IMG/VR virus record: IMGVR_UViG_3300011399_000002
Span: 55,871-119,870 of that record
From: a virus
Taxonomy: Duplodnaviria; Heunggongvirae; Uroviricota; Caudoviricetes
DNA length: 64,000 nucleotides
Direction: 5' to 3' (one strand)
The position numbers and the translations under genes were made by a program. A model generated the notes under the pieces. The model made no database searches. It was not told the origin of the DNA and was given only the letters and a program-made list of their open reading frames with translations. Positions 36,316 to 46,278 of the stretch are shown here, piece after piece (position 1 is the first letter of the stretch; each line of letters begins with the position of its first letter).

Positions 36316-36969
36316 TCAGATTTCATATTTCTCTGTCTCCCACACGATCACTCTCTGTGTAACATTGTGCCTTTCTTTGCCCTCGCCCTTTTCTACCCTG
36401 TCTTCTCCTTCCATGTAGTACCAAGTATTTAGTTTCCAAGGAAGTTTAGTGTTGTTGAAATGTTCTTGTAGGATGGCTGGGGTGAATCCTGTTTTGTGGT
36501 ACTCACCCTCATGCTTTTGATGACCATAAATGATCGCCATATCCCATTTGGTAGTCTGATGCTCCAGCCACCAACGACAGGCCCATTCCAGATCGGGCAC
36601 AACGACCTGCAAGCGGCCACCACGCCTCAGTAATCGGTGCCACTCCCTTAGGGTCGGCACGACTTCAAACCTGCCTACGTGTTCAAGGGCATTCGATGAG
36701 AAGATTGCTTCTACACTACCATCGGGTAGCGGAATATCCCACATCGTTGCTTTGATATCAGCGTTTGTGTGCAAGTCTACTGCTGTAAACTTATCATCAG
36801 AGGATAAGCCACCCGCACCTATATCAAGCATTAGTGGTTGCTTGAATTGAGATGGGTCTAATGTCTTGTGTACAGGTTCAGGGTTTCCATCACTTCCTAT
36901 ATGATAACCGGGGTTGTATTTTGGATCACAGCAATCCTCACAGGTTATGTATCTAGGCTTATCAGCCAT
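36316..36969 (-). CDS. class I SAM-dependent methyltransferase
   Basis: Motif I LMLDIGAGG, motif post-I AVDLHTN, LRRGGRLQVVVPD. Confidence 0.65.
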   Translation of the reverse strand: MADKPRYITCEDCCDPKYNPGYHIGSDGNPEPVHKTLDPSQFKQPLMLDIGAGGLSSDDKFTAVDLHTNADIKATMWDIPLPDGSVEAIFSSNALEHVGRFEVVPTLREWHRLLRRGGRLQVVVPDLEWACRWWLEHQTTKWDMAIIYGHQKHEGEYHKTGFTPAILQEHFNNTKLPWKLNTWYYMEGEDRVEKGEGKERHNVTQRVIVWETEKYEI

Positions 36970-37478
36970 GCCTCAAACTCCTTATTGAAGAGGACTTCTT
37001 CATGACGATTCTTGCGCAGTAAGTGTATGGCATCACGGGCAGTCATTCCCTGCTTCATCAGCGTTCGAACAACAACAAGTGAAGAGCGGTTCATCCCCGC
37101 CTGACAGTGTACCAAAACGTCAAGATTAAGGTCAAGTGCTGCCTTTACCATATCAGAGGCTTCTTCTACGGCTTCTACATTGACATTTGGGCCATCGTAT
37201 AGCCGATATTCCTGTAGGATTGTTCCTGCGGTCGTTTTATAGCGCCCCCAAGGGTAAAGTGACACTACAAGATCGAAGTTATCCCCAAGGTGCAGATTCT
37301 CCACGTATCCTCCATGCCAGAGATTTCCTCTTACATGGGTGATGATTGGAACCGTCGTTGATCGATCACTATTCTCATAATAGAACGTAATGTAGTGATT
37401 AAACGGGTCAGCACCATCTGGTGCGATCCATCCCTCCGTTTTATTGACTGTATTCTCGCCTTGATCTAGTTTAGGCAT
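36945..37478 (-). CDS. CX5R phosphatase (PTP/dual-specificity family)
   Basis: Signature VLVHCQAGMNRSSLVV (HCxxGxxRS P-loop). Confidence 0.6.
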   Translation of the reverse strand: MPKLDQGENTVNKTEGWIAPDGADPFNHYITFYYENSDRSTTVPIITHVRGNLWHGGYVENLHLGDNFDLVVSLYPWGRYKTTAGTILQEYRLYDGPNVNVEAVEEASDMVKAALDLNLDVLVHCQAGMNRSSLVVVRTLMKQGMTARDAIHLLRKNRHEEVLFNKEFEAWLISLDT

Positions 37479-38319
37479 GGGCTTTCTCCCTTATTGCATC
37501 CATCTTTGCTCTCCACTCCGTTGATCGGTCTGTTTTGATATCTTTTAATGGAACGATAACTAACTTTTCATAGCCCCGGTTATTGTCTATGATCGAGTCT
37601 GTTGTCATTACCCAATTGATGTACGTACTGCCTGAGAAAATCTTACCCTCAAATATTGTATTCTCACAGTGGGCGACAACCAGTACGATATTCCTAAAGC
37701 CTAGATCGTGCAGTTTCTCAGCGGCTAGAACGAACGTTCCACCCTTTGAACACAAGTCATCAACAATGATGACCGTATCGCTGGTCTTATTGCCTAGAAT
37801 CTCCAAACTAAGGATTCTACCTGTCGCAAAATCACGCTTTTTGAACCCAACTAGCGAATCAGGCGATTCTAGGCTTTCATAGCGCTTCTGTGCCCCAGCA
37901 TCGGGGAAAAATATCTGCGAACCCGGAAGATGCAGATATTCCTTGAAAAGATGCTCTGTTACGTTCACAACTTGGCATTTGTTGAGAAGGGCAGGAGTTA
38001 CGTCGGAATGAGGCTCGTAAACGACGACCTTGTTCCACTCCATCAAATTGATCAATTTCGTGATCGATTTGAGCGTGAAAATATACTCATCTGAATTACG
38101 ATCCATACGCGAGTAAGGAAAGTAAGTGATGTGTAAATCGGCTGGGAACCAAAGAGCCTTCCTGACTAGAAAAAGTCGGAGTAAATCTTCGTCCCCCTCG
38201 TACTTTAGCGTTACCTTATTTATTGCTTGTTTATGTTCAGAAAAGAAGGGTTTTGGTATATTTACCTCCCCATTGGGGAAATGACCGAATTTTATCTCTT
38301 GATCGTTGAATAGGATCAT
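37471..38319 (-). CDS. ribose-phosphate pyrophosphokinase (PRPP synthetase)-like protein
   Basis: PRTase-type motif VIIVDDLCSKGGTF and Prs N-domain; 282 aa. Confidence 0.75.
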   Translation of the reverse strand: MILFNDQEIKFGHFPNGEVNIPKPFFSEHKQAINKVTLKYEGDEDLLRLFLVRKALWFPADLHITYFPYSRMDRNSDEYIFTLKSITKLINLMEWNKVVVYEPHSDVTPALLNKCQVVNVTEHLFKEYLHLPGSQIFFPDAGAQKRYESLESPDSLVGFKKRDFATGRILSLEILGNKTSDTVIIVDDLCSKGGTFVLAAEKLHDLGFRNIVLVVAHCENTIFEGKIFSGSTYINWVMTTDSIIDNNRGYEKLVIVPLKDIKTDRSTEWRAKMDAIREKAHA

Positions 38320-39800
38320 ATCCGAGCCCTAATTTCCGCTAGTGTGTCTTCACGAACGAGTTTACCGTCAACAAAGAGGTCTTGTAGCAGATCATCCTCT
38401 ACTGCATCGCGCTCTACTTCGGTTAGCCCATCGCGGAAGCCAATTCCCCAAGGGGTCTTCCAAACAGTTACCATGCCTGTTTGGGACTTCTTGATGCCAT
38501 TGTCAGTGATAGGGTCTTTGAATAGGAATTTCTCTTCGCCCGCAATACGAGCGTATGTTGACTTTAGAGCAAAGGAGAAGGTATCGCGTGTGTTGTACTG
38601 ATAGGTGAAGCTACCAATACCGTATACCATGTTCGTTGATGCGAAGCCTTTTGTCTCTAATTGACGGCAAATCTCATCACAACGCTCTAGAGTAATGGCA
38701 TCACCGTAAATAACACCGATATGTGGGTCCAATTCCTTGTAACCCTTCTCATTGACCGTGCCGCCGAAGATATCCCAAAGGATTTCAACAACACCACGAA
38801 CAGCGTCAGGGTTGTCAGAAAGGGGATCGCCACAGATGATCTTGATAGGATCGCCTGAATCTGGTCGAATAACAACCTTACCATCGCGGGCAAGAATGTC
38901 AGGCTTTAGTGTGGCAATTACCCCATTTAGGACTTTCCACAGGTCCCAAGTGTCAGAAACGATGGAAACGTACCCGTTTGGATACACATTTGTTATAATG
39001 TTACGATAAGAGTCTAATTCGTTCTGTCCATATGCGCACATAACAGAATGCTCTGTGGCAGGGATGGAAGTACCGACTAACTCTTCTTCGATATTTGCCC
39101 CATAGAATTCCTCTAGGAACAGGATACCGGGAATAGAGTCGGTACCAACGAATGAGAGCAGGTGTCCTGCTGCACTGTACTTTGCAGTTTGCAGGGAACC
39201 CATTCCACGCATTGAGAAATCATGGCCTTGGAACGGGACAAAATCCTTTGATCCACCAGTCTTAAAAGCCCAGCCCAAAAGAAGGCTCTTAAAACGCTTT
39301 GCCAGTGTCGCACTTGTGCACATTTGCCAAAGCGAACACGACATAAGCGTTTCTATGTAGTTTGTAACCCAAAAGAATTCAGGAAGTGTGTTCTCAACAG
39401 TGAGAAGAGGAGTACGAATTTTAACGCTGGTTCCTTCGGGTACTGCCTTAATTCTGAGGGGCAGGTACCCTAACCTGTGGAGTGCTGCAATGTGATCAGA
39501 GTAAGGCTCTTCAACACCTAACGTTGATCGTATAACCCGCTCATACTCTTCAAGAACGTCCCTTTCAGGACGAGAGAAGAAGTTGTCATTAAAGTAGTCA
39601 ATTAGGTACTCTTTTACAAAGGCTTGGAAGCCGAAGGCAACAACAGAGTCTATATTGGGAATTCGTGAAGCCCTTGGTGTCCAAGTAGAGTATACCTTCT
39701 CTGTACCTTGCGGATATTGCTCCCTGTGTGAAACCTTGTAAAAATCACACAGCAAGGTTGCTGGGTATATATACTTCTCAGTTGTTCTTTGTAGCGTCAT
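38316..39800 (-). CDS. nicotinamide phosphoribosyltransferase (NAMPT/NadV)-like protein
   Basis: 494 aa, NAPRTase-family size and conserved blocks (GSKDFVPFQGHDFSMRGM, PDSGDP). Confidence 0.7.
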   Translation of the reverse strand: MTLQRTTEKYIYPATLLCDFYKVSHREQYPQGTEKVYSTWTPRASRIPNIDSVVAFGFQAFVKEYLIDYFNDNFFSRPERDVLEEYERVIRSTLGVEEPYSDHIAALHRLGYLPLRIKAVPEGTSVKIRTPLLTVENTLPEFFWVTNYIETLMSCSLWQMCTSATLAKRFKSLLLGWAFKTGGSKDFVPFQGHDFSMRGMGSLQTAKYSAAGHLLSFVGTDSIPGILFLEEFYGANIEEELVGTSIPATEHSVMCAYGQNELDSYRNIITNVYPNGYVSIVSDTWDLWKVLNGVIATLKPDILARDGKVVIRPDSGDPIKIICGDPLSDNPDAVRGVVEILWDIFGGTVNEKGYKELDPHIGVIYGDAITLERCDEICRQLETKGFASTNMVYGIGSFTYQYNTRDTFSFALKSTYARIAGEEKFLFKDPITDNGIKKSQTGMVTVWKTPWGIGFRDGLTEVERDAVEDDLLQDLFVDGKLVREDTLAEIRARI

Positions 39801-40126
39801 CGCTTCACCTTCCTTAGTGCTTCATCTGCTTGATTGATTACTGATTCTGATGTGGGGCCATAAAAAGCCAGACCCATTGCCCAAGGCCACTGTATATTGC
39901 TATCGTCTTCAAAATGCTCTAAGGCTGGAGTAGCCTCTAGGGAGTAACGTTCCTCAGGATTTGCAGTAGCAGCCCTGTAAAGGAATAGGTCAGTAAACTC
40001 AGGAAACCGGGGCGCAAGGTCATCAATAGTCAAAGATACTGACTCTTCACCCGTTATATACACCTTTATAACTTCATCACTCACAGTTTTAATTTCTCTA
40101 GTGTATCCATTACAGACTTTGCACAC
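39797..40126 (-). CDS. hypothetical protein
   Basis: 109 aa, ATGA overlap. Confidence 0.4.
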   Translation of the reverse strand: MCKVCNGYTREIKTVSDEVIKVYITGEESVSLTIDDLAPRFPEFTDLFLYRAATANPEERYSLEATPALEHFEDDSNIQWPWAMGLAFYGPTSESVINQADEALRKVKR

Positions 40127-40341
40127 TACTTTACCCCTACTTCGCTTAGACAGTAGACACCGACTTTTACTTCTGCCACCCCTGAACTTCTAACTTCGAT
40201 ACAATCGGGCGCAAAGGTCCAAGGATAGGCTACAACAGAAGTAGGGGGTGGTCTAAAAAACGTAAGTAGCGCAAGCACAATAAAAATAATAACCCCAACG
40301 AGTATAACTACTAGGCAACCCCACAGGCCATCGTCACTCAT
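40126..40341 (-). CDS. small membrane protein
   Basis: LWGCLVVILVGVIIFIVLALLTFF TM helix. Confidence 0.35.
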   Translation of the reverse strand: MSDDGLWGCLVVILVGVIIFIVLALLTFFRPPPTSVVAYPWTFAPDCIEVRSSGVAEVKVGVYCLSEVGVK

Positions 40342-41390
40342 ATATACTCATTTACTCTTGTATGATTCTCAGAGGCAGTTGATGGACTTATACGTATGAA
40401 CTCAGCCCTATCACGTAATTCGGATAAGTTTTCTGCTCCGACGTAAGACATTCCACTTCGTAAGCCTCCCATAAGTTGTTTAAGTACCGCCGATACTGGT
40501 CCTTTGTAATCCACGAATCCAGATATGCCCTCCCTAGTAAAGAGTGCATCATTTGTACCAAATATAGACTGTCCTTGATAACGCTTGACTCTTCGTCCAC
40601 GTCCAGTATCAATAACCTCTCCGGGGGCTTCGTCAGTCCCGGCCAAAAGACTACCTAGCATTACAAGGTCAGCACCGGCTGCTAATGCTTTTACGATATC
40701 TCCTGCGCTTCTTATGCCTCCATCCGCGATAATAGGTATATGGTACTTTCTAGACTCCTGATAGCATTCCGCAATAGCAGATAGTTGCGGTACTCCGATC
40801 CCTGTAACAATTCTTGTTGTGCAGACTGATCCCGGTCCAATTCCGATTTTAATAGCATCCGCTCCTGCTGCAATAAGGTCAACTGTGCCTTCTGCTGTTG
40901 CAACATTACCAGCAACCACTCTGGCTGATGGGAAAAGGTCTTTAACTCTTTTGACAAGATCAATTACCTTTCTATGGTGTCCATGTGCTACATCAACGCA
41001 GACAATATAGGGGGCAAGATTACAGGAACCATCTATATGCCTGATAAAGTCTAGGCTTTCTTTCTGATCCCTTGTACCAACAGAGAATGCTACAGGGTAG
41101 CCCTCTGAGTAAAGGGTCTTAATATCACCTATTTGATCTGCTGGGGGCATGAAACGATTTAATATTCCTAAACCCCCTGCGTTGTGCATGGCGATTGCCA
41201 TTTCACGGCCAGTAACAAAATCCATGTTAGCACTGATGACAGGAATGGACAGATTCAGTCCTAAAAAGTCCTGAGACAGATCGATATCCTGTCTTGACTC
41301 TATTTCTGAATATGCTGGACGTATGAGTACATCATCGAATGTGAAGTAATCTTTCAATTCTAAATCCCTTCTGTTTTTGCATCCATGCAA
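40338..41390 (-). CDS. GMP reductase / IMP dehydrogenase-family enzyme (no CBS insert)
   Basis: Catalytic loop [14 protein letters not shown], 350 aa like GuaC. Confidence 0.75.
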   Translation of the reverse strand: MHGCKNRRDLELKDYFTFDDVLIRPAYSEIESRQDIDLSQDFLGLNLSIPVISANMDFVTGREMAIAMHNAGGLGILNRFMPPADQIGDIKTLYSEGYPVAFSVGTRDQKESLDFIRHIDGSCNLAPYIVCVDVAHGHHRKVIDLVKRVKDLFPSARVVAGNVATAEGTVDLIAAGADAIKIGIGPGSVCTTRIVTGIGVPQLSAIAECYQESRKYHIPIIADGGIRSAGDIVKALAAGADLVMLGSLLAGTDEAPGEVIDTGRGRRVKRYQGQSIFGTNDALFTREGISGFVDYKGPVSAVLKQLMGGLRSGMSYVGAENLSELRDRAEFIRISPSTASENHTRVNEYI

Positions 41391-41652
41391 TCAAATTTGG
41401 CAAAGGTTGACCAACGAATTTCTTCGCTATTGGGGCAACCTCAATAATCTTACCTTGCTGTGTTGTTACCTCGATTGTCATCTTTTCTGAGGACAACCAC
41501 CATGCCATCGTTTCTGTCATACGTTAGAAATCTCCATAGAGCAGAAGGACGATCAGGACAATTTGCATTAGGCGGATCATGCTCCCCACACGCATTGCAA
41601 AATCGATGGTTGGTTTGTTGCTCAGTAAACCATGTATGTTTGTGGTCAACCA

Positions 41653-42219
41653 CTAATACCACCCCACCCTATTGTGAAACGTTAACGCTCTGCAAGCAGA
41701 GCCATATCTTGAATTCACGTAACGAATTCCCCACCTTACCTGTGTAACAGGGTTAGTACGCCAATCACTACCGGCACTTTTCATCTTGCTACCGGGGAGT
41801 GCCTGAGGAATTCCGTAGGCTCCACTACTCTTATTGTGTGCCCAATATCTCCAAGAACTCTCTCGCTCCCATAGCGCTTCAATACAAGAGAACTGTGAGG
41901 CTCCTAGACGGTCCAGAGCGTACCTTTTTGCTAGGGCCTTACTTCCACCCCCTTTTATAGTTACCGGGGCTCTCCGTGGCTCCTGTGGCGTCACAGAGGG
42001 TTGTGGCTTTGGTTGCTTGACCCGAATCTTAGGTCTGGTGGGTTCCGGTGTCTCTACGACCGTAATATACGGCTCCGTGTCTTCTGTTGTACGATTAATT
42101 TGTGTGAATGTAACACTTGGCAGAGGTTCCCACTTCTCTGTGGGTTGTTTACCGCTAGCCTCAGTACAGGCAACAAATAAAACTGCCAACGTGGCAGTTC
42201 CTAAGGTTCTTACTCTCAA
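41653..42219 (-). CDS. secreted lipoprotein with transglycosylase-like domain
   Basis: Signal peptide + LFVAC lipobox-like, Pro-rich linker, C-terminal ERESSW...SGAYGIPQALPGSKM. Confidence 0.5.
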   Translation of the reverse strand: MRVRTLGTATLAVLFVACTEASGKQPTEKWEPLPSVTFTQINRTTEDTEPYITVVETPEPTRPKIRVKQPKPQPSVTPQEPRRAPVTIKGGGSKALAKRYALDRLGASQFSCIEALWERESSWRYWAHNKSSGAYGIPQALPGSKMKSAGSDWRTNPVTQVRWGIRYVNSRYGSACRALTFHNRVGWY

Positions 42220-42284
42220 ATTTATCTCCTCCTCACAACGGAATCCGCTGCTAGGACCATTGTATCACAGTCAAGACCTGAGGG

Positions 42285-42476
42285 TCAACCCAAATCTGAA
42301 AAAGGACCCTTTCCGCGTTGAACTTCCGACCCGTCTTTTGGTACAATGTCTATATCCCGACCAGCACACTTCGTACAGACCCAAATGTTGATGGTCTTGT
42401 TCAGTTGCTTAATCTTCTTTCTTCCGAGTTTGATCGGAGCGAAACAGCACTTGCTTCGATAACCGTAGTCTAGCAA
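42285..42476 (-). CDS. hypothetical zinc-ribbon protein
   Basis: KCCFAP ... CTKCAGR, 63 aa. Confidence 0.35.
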   Translation of the reverse strand: MLDYGYRSKCCFAPIKLGRKKIKQLNKTINIWVCTKCAGRDIDIVPKDGSEVQRGKGPFSDLG

Positions 42477-42566
42477 ATTCTCCTCCTGTAGAGATAGCTA
42501 CGCTATCTCTATTTTTATTTCTATTTTTACTACTGAGTATACAGTAACTAATACAGCTAAGTATGG

Positions 42567-42580
42567 AGCTGTATACAGCT
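42567..42580. promoter_or_regulatory. perfect 14-bp palindrome AGCTGTATACAGCT (operator-like)
   Basis: In divergent intergenic region with two further GTATACAG half-sites. Confidence 0.4.
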
Positions 42581-42688
42581 CAGTATATATAGCTATTATA
42601 TATATCTCCCCCTCCTCCCTCAGTTCTTAGTCTAGCGTTTAAGGTATAGGAAGTTCAAGGGAAGGAATTAAAATTATCCATAACAAAG

Positions 42689-43198
42689 TTGATCCATGAG
42701 GCCCACATAACCCATGAGCAAGAGGTTTATAAACTATCCCCTATGAAAAAAGACAAAATTATTGACTATTACATATTGGTCTACAAGCCCAGCCATCCAG
42801 CAGTGGTAGGTGACGGATATGTACCAGAGCAGATATTAGTAGCAGAGAGCGAATTAGGACGCTTCCTCTATCCTGATGAATCAGTAAGGCATAAAAACGG
42901 CGATCCCCAAGATAACAGGCCCTCAAACTTAGAGGTTGTATCCGCTAGTCACGGATACAGGTTAGTTAACCTTGGTGACGAGCATATTGAGCCACGCAAG
43001 TCCGCTGGTAAAACTTTTATGCCTTGCAAATTTCAAAAACCGTGCTGGAAAGAAGTTAGAGCGCCTATAGCCCGTGAGCATAAGGTGTATCTTCCGTACA
43101 TATGCAGTTATCAGGAAGGTGGGGACGTTTACAAGTGTTCGCGCTTTTGGAGTTATGTAGATAAAACATTAGTAGAGCAAGGGAGCGATGAAAATTGA
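42689..43198 (+). CDS. HNH homing-endonuclease-like protein
   Basis: RHKNGDPQDNRPSNLEVVSASHG HNH motif; immediately upstream of RNR. Confidence 0.6.
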   Translation: MIHEAHITHEQEVYKLSPMKKDKIIDYYILVYKPSHPAVVGDGYVPEQILVAESELGRFLYPDESVRHKNGDPQDNRPSNLEVVSASHGYRLVNLGDEHIEPRKSAGKTFMPCKFQKPCWKEVRAPIAREHKVYLPYICSYQEGGDVYKCSRFWSYVDKTLVEQGSDEN

Positions 43199-45018
43199 CT
43201 TATAGACCAGAAGGATTAGCGGAGACTATCTTTAAGGAAAGATATACAATCCATCCAGAGGAAACATGGGATGGTGCTAGCCATCGATTAGCAAAACACG
43301 TAGCAAGTGCAGAATTGGACGGTGACAAGGAAAGATACGAAGAACATTTCTATGAAGAGATTGTAACCAACCGATTTATGCCCGGAGGGAGAATATGGTA
43401 TGGAAGTGGTCGTCCTCGCGCTCAGTTGCTTAATTGTTTTGTTGTTCCCACCTCCGATTCTAGAGAAGGCTGGGGAAAGACCATTCATGATGTTATTGTT
43501 GTGTCTGGTATGGGTGGTGGCGTCGGCATTAACTGCTCACCTATCAGACCCCGTGGTAGCCGCATCACTGGGACTGGTGGCGTGGCTACGGGCGCTGTAT
43601 CACTAATGGAAATGATCAATGCTGTGGGTGATGTTCTCGTTGCCGGTGGTGGCAGACGACTAGCACTCATGCTTGATCTAAATATCAGTCACCCTGATAT
43701 GCCAGAGTTTATTGATGCAAAGTTGAACAAGAATAAACTGACCAACGCTAACGTTTCTGTCATCATTGACAAGAAGATTAATTCAGACACTTTCGTTAAT
43801 GCAGTAAAGAATGGGAGCAATCTTCCGCTACAGTTTGGTGGATCAACTCACAAGAACGTAAATGCGAAGGAACTATGGGGTAATATTGTTAACAATGCAT
43901 GGGCATCAGGAGAACCGGGAGTATTAAACGGGGATTTAGCGAACAAAGAGTCTAATATCTGGTATCATAAGCCTCTTATTTCTACTAACCCTTGTGGTGA
44001 AATTTGGTTGGAAGAATACGGTAGTTGTGACCTTGGGGCATTAGTGCTTCCTAGATTTGTCAACGCTTTGGGGCAACTAGATTACGTAGCACTCGCTAAG
44101 ACAATACGTACAGCAGTAAGATTCCTCGATAACGTACTTTCAGTAAATGAGTACCCTCTTCCAGAGATTAGAGAGAACAACGTAAACGTGCGGCGAATCG
44201 GTCTAGGCATCATGGGACTGCATTCCATGTTGATCCAGATGGGATATCGCTACTCATCACAGGCATCTATTAATTTCGTTGATGACCTCATGAATTTCAT
44301 AAAGTATCAAGCCTATCTTGCTTCGATTGACCTAGCAAGAGAGAAGGGATCATTCCCAGCGTTCGACGCTGATCTATTCCTCCAGTCGGGCTTCGTAAAG
44401 CGTGCACTAAACGACGAGATAAAGAACAGCATCAAAGCATTTGGTATTCGTAACTGCGCTCTTCTTACTATTGCCCCAACAGGCACTACTGGAATGGTCA
44501 GTAACGTATCTACTGGTATTGAGCCCTTATTCTCTGCGGCATATTGGCGCAGATTCTACCGACCTACACCGGATGGTAGCAGACAACTAGATAAAGAGTT
44601 GGTTGTTGATCCACTGTGGGATCAAGTTACTGACAAGTCCCTATTGGAAGGTGCATATGATGTTGCTCCTGACTATCATTTTGATATGCAAGTCGCTTGC
44701 CAGAAGCACATCGATAACGCTACTTCAAAGACGATTAACCTGCCCCAATCTTACTCAGTTGAAGTTCTGTCAGACCTATGGCTAGAGTATCTTCCACAGG
44801 TCAAGGGCACGACGTTCTATCGAGCAGGATCAAGGGGAGAGGAACCTCTAGAGGCTATCCCTCTTGAAGAAGCAAAGAGACTTATGAGCGTTAAGAACGC
44901 AGCAAAGCAAGCAACGATTGCTGAACAGAACATGATGGACTGCGTTGGAGATTCTTGTGGCATTCCAGAAGATTTGAAGCCCAAGATAACTGAACAGGTG
45001 ATACAATTTATAAGTTAG
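43195..45018 (+). CDS. ribonucleotide reductase, large monomeric (class II-like) catalytic subunit
   Basis: 607 aa, active-site block STNPCGEIWL, no adjacent beta subunit. Confidence 0.8.
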   Translation: MTYRPEGLAETIFKERYTIHPEETWDGASHRLAKHVASAELDGDKERYEEHFYEEIVTNRFMPGGRIWYGSGRPRAQLLNCFVVPTSDSREGWGKTIHDVIVVSGMGGGVGINCSPIRPRGSRITGTGGVATGAVSLMEMINAVGDVLVAGGGRRLALMLDLNISHPDMPEFIDAKLNKNKLTNANVSVIIDKKINSDTFVNAVKNGSNLPLQFGGSTHKNVNAKELWGNIVNNAWASGEPGVLNGDLANKESNIWYHKPLISTNPCGEIWLEEYGSCDLGALVLPRFVNALGQLDYVALAKTIRTAVRFLDNVLSVNEYPLPEIRENNVNVRRIGLGIMGLHSMLIQMGYRYSSQASINFVDDLMNFIKYQAYLASIDLAREKGSFPAFDADLFLQSGFVKRALNDEIKNSIKAFGIRNCALLTIAPTGTTGMVSNVSTGIEPLFSAAYWRRFYRPTPDGSRQLDKELVVDPLWDQVTDKSLLEGAYDVAPDYHFDMQVACQKHIDNATSKTINLPQSYSVEVLSDLWLEYLPQVKGTTFYRAGSRGEEPLEAIPLEEAKRLMSVKNAAKQATIAEQNMMDCVGDSCGIPEDLKPKITEQVIQFIS

Positions 45019-45023
45019 TTTAG

Positions 45024-45236
45024 GTGATTTATGTGGATATATGGGAGAACGAAGGTGGAAGGGTGCTAGAAACAGAAGTCGGGGTAGAGGAACCTAAGCC
45101 TTTTATACTGCCAGAAGCGATTGAAATTGTCAGGATGCTCTATGATTACTTTGCCCCACTTTCTGATGCACAATCGCGCAGGGTTGATGCCCTATTAGAA
45201 AGGTACGAGAGGGAGTATGTCAAAAAGTCTACTTGA
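45024..45236 (+). CDS. hypothetical protein
   Basis: 70 aa. Confidence 0.35.
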   Translation: MIYVDIWENEGGRVLETEVGVEEPKPFILPEAIEIVRMLYDYFAPLSDAQSRRVDALLERYEREYVKKST

Positions 45237-46278
45237 AGTCTTGCCCGAACAGGGCATACAGATCATGGAGAGTAGCAATGGTAGGTGGGTTGCGGTTTGT
45301 CCGTTGCATGACGGCGACCACGACCCATCTTTTACCATTTATACTCACAATGATACATATTTCTGCTTCGGGTGTAGTGCTTGGGGCGATCCAGTCAAAT
45401 TCCTTTGTGACTACAAAGGATGGGACACAAAACAAGCCCAAGAGTACGTAGGAGTAGACTATGAGTACAAGAAAGCAGAAAAAGCACGAATCATCAAGAC
45501 CCGTGATGCTCTACGTACATGGGGATTTCTCAGTTATGTTACCGGAATCTATCATGATAACCTTTTACGAACAACTGGTGCGAGGGATTATCTCCGCAGG
45601 AGAGGACTCAGTGATGACACAATACGAATACAGAGAATGGGGTACACTGACGGAAGAGTTTTACGAATTGAATTCGCTAACGATTACAGTATCGCCCACG
45701 AATGCGGACTAATAAACGCGCAGGGTTACGAGGTAATGAGTCACAGAATCACAATTCCAAACTTCTGTGACCCCTTACGTGAGCGTGTAGACTTCATCAT
45801 GGGTAGAACGGTCACAAATGACCGCATTAAGTACCTTGGAACAAGGATGCCTAAGCCTATCTTTGGATTCTACGAGTTTGCAAAGTCTCCTATTCTGCTT
45901 ATAGCGGAAGGTCAGTTTGATTGGCTAATGTTGAAGCAATGGGGCTTTCCTGCTACGGTTTTATCTGGTACGAATCTTCCCAAGTACCATCATGCACTTC
46001 TTAGGGATAAATTCGTAGTAATTGTACCCGACAATGATGCTGCTGGCAAACTGTCTGCGGTAAAGTTGCACTCAGCACTGCGGAATAGTGTCATTCTTGA
46101 TTATTCCTCTCTTGGAGTCAAGGACGTTGGGGAGTTGGGGGCAAAAGAAGATGGACAAGAGAGTTTCTTACAAATCATACAGGAGCAAGAATGGTACAAG
46201 GATATACTTTTGTCGAAGGCTCATTGGATGAAGTGGTTGCCCACTTCTCTACAGATAACATCATTGGACTTGACCTAG
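45217..46278 (+). CDS. DnaG-type DNA primase
   Basis: CHC2 zinc finger CPLHDGDHDPSFTIY..CFGCSAWGD, TOPRIM LIAEGQFD ... PDNDAAG. Confidence 0.75.
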   Translation: MSKSLLEVLPEQGIQIMESSNGRWVAVCPLHDGDHDPSFTIYTHNDTYFCFGCSAWGDPVKFLCDYKGWDTKQAQEYVGVDYEYKKAEKARIIKTRDALRTWGFLSYVTGIYHDNLLRTTGARDYLRRRGLSDDTIRIQRMGYTDGRVLRIEFANDYSIAHECGLINAQGYEVMSHRITIPNFCDPLRERVDFIMGRTVTNDRIKYLGTRMPKPIFGFYEFAKSPILLIAEGQFDWLMLKQWGFPATVLSGTNLPKYHHALLRDKFVVIVPDNDAAGKLSAVKLHSALRNSVILDYSSLGVKDVGELGAKEDGQESFLQIIQEQEWYKDILLSKAHWMKWLPTSLQITSLDLT

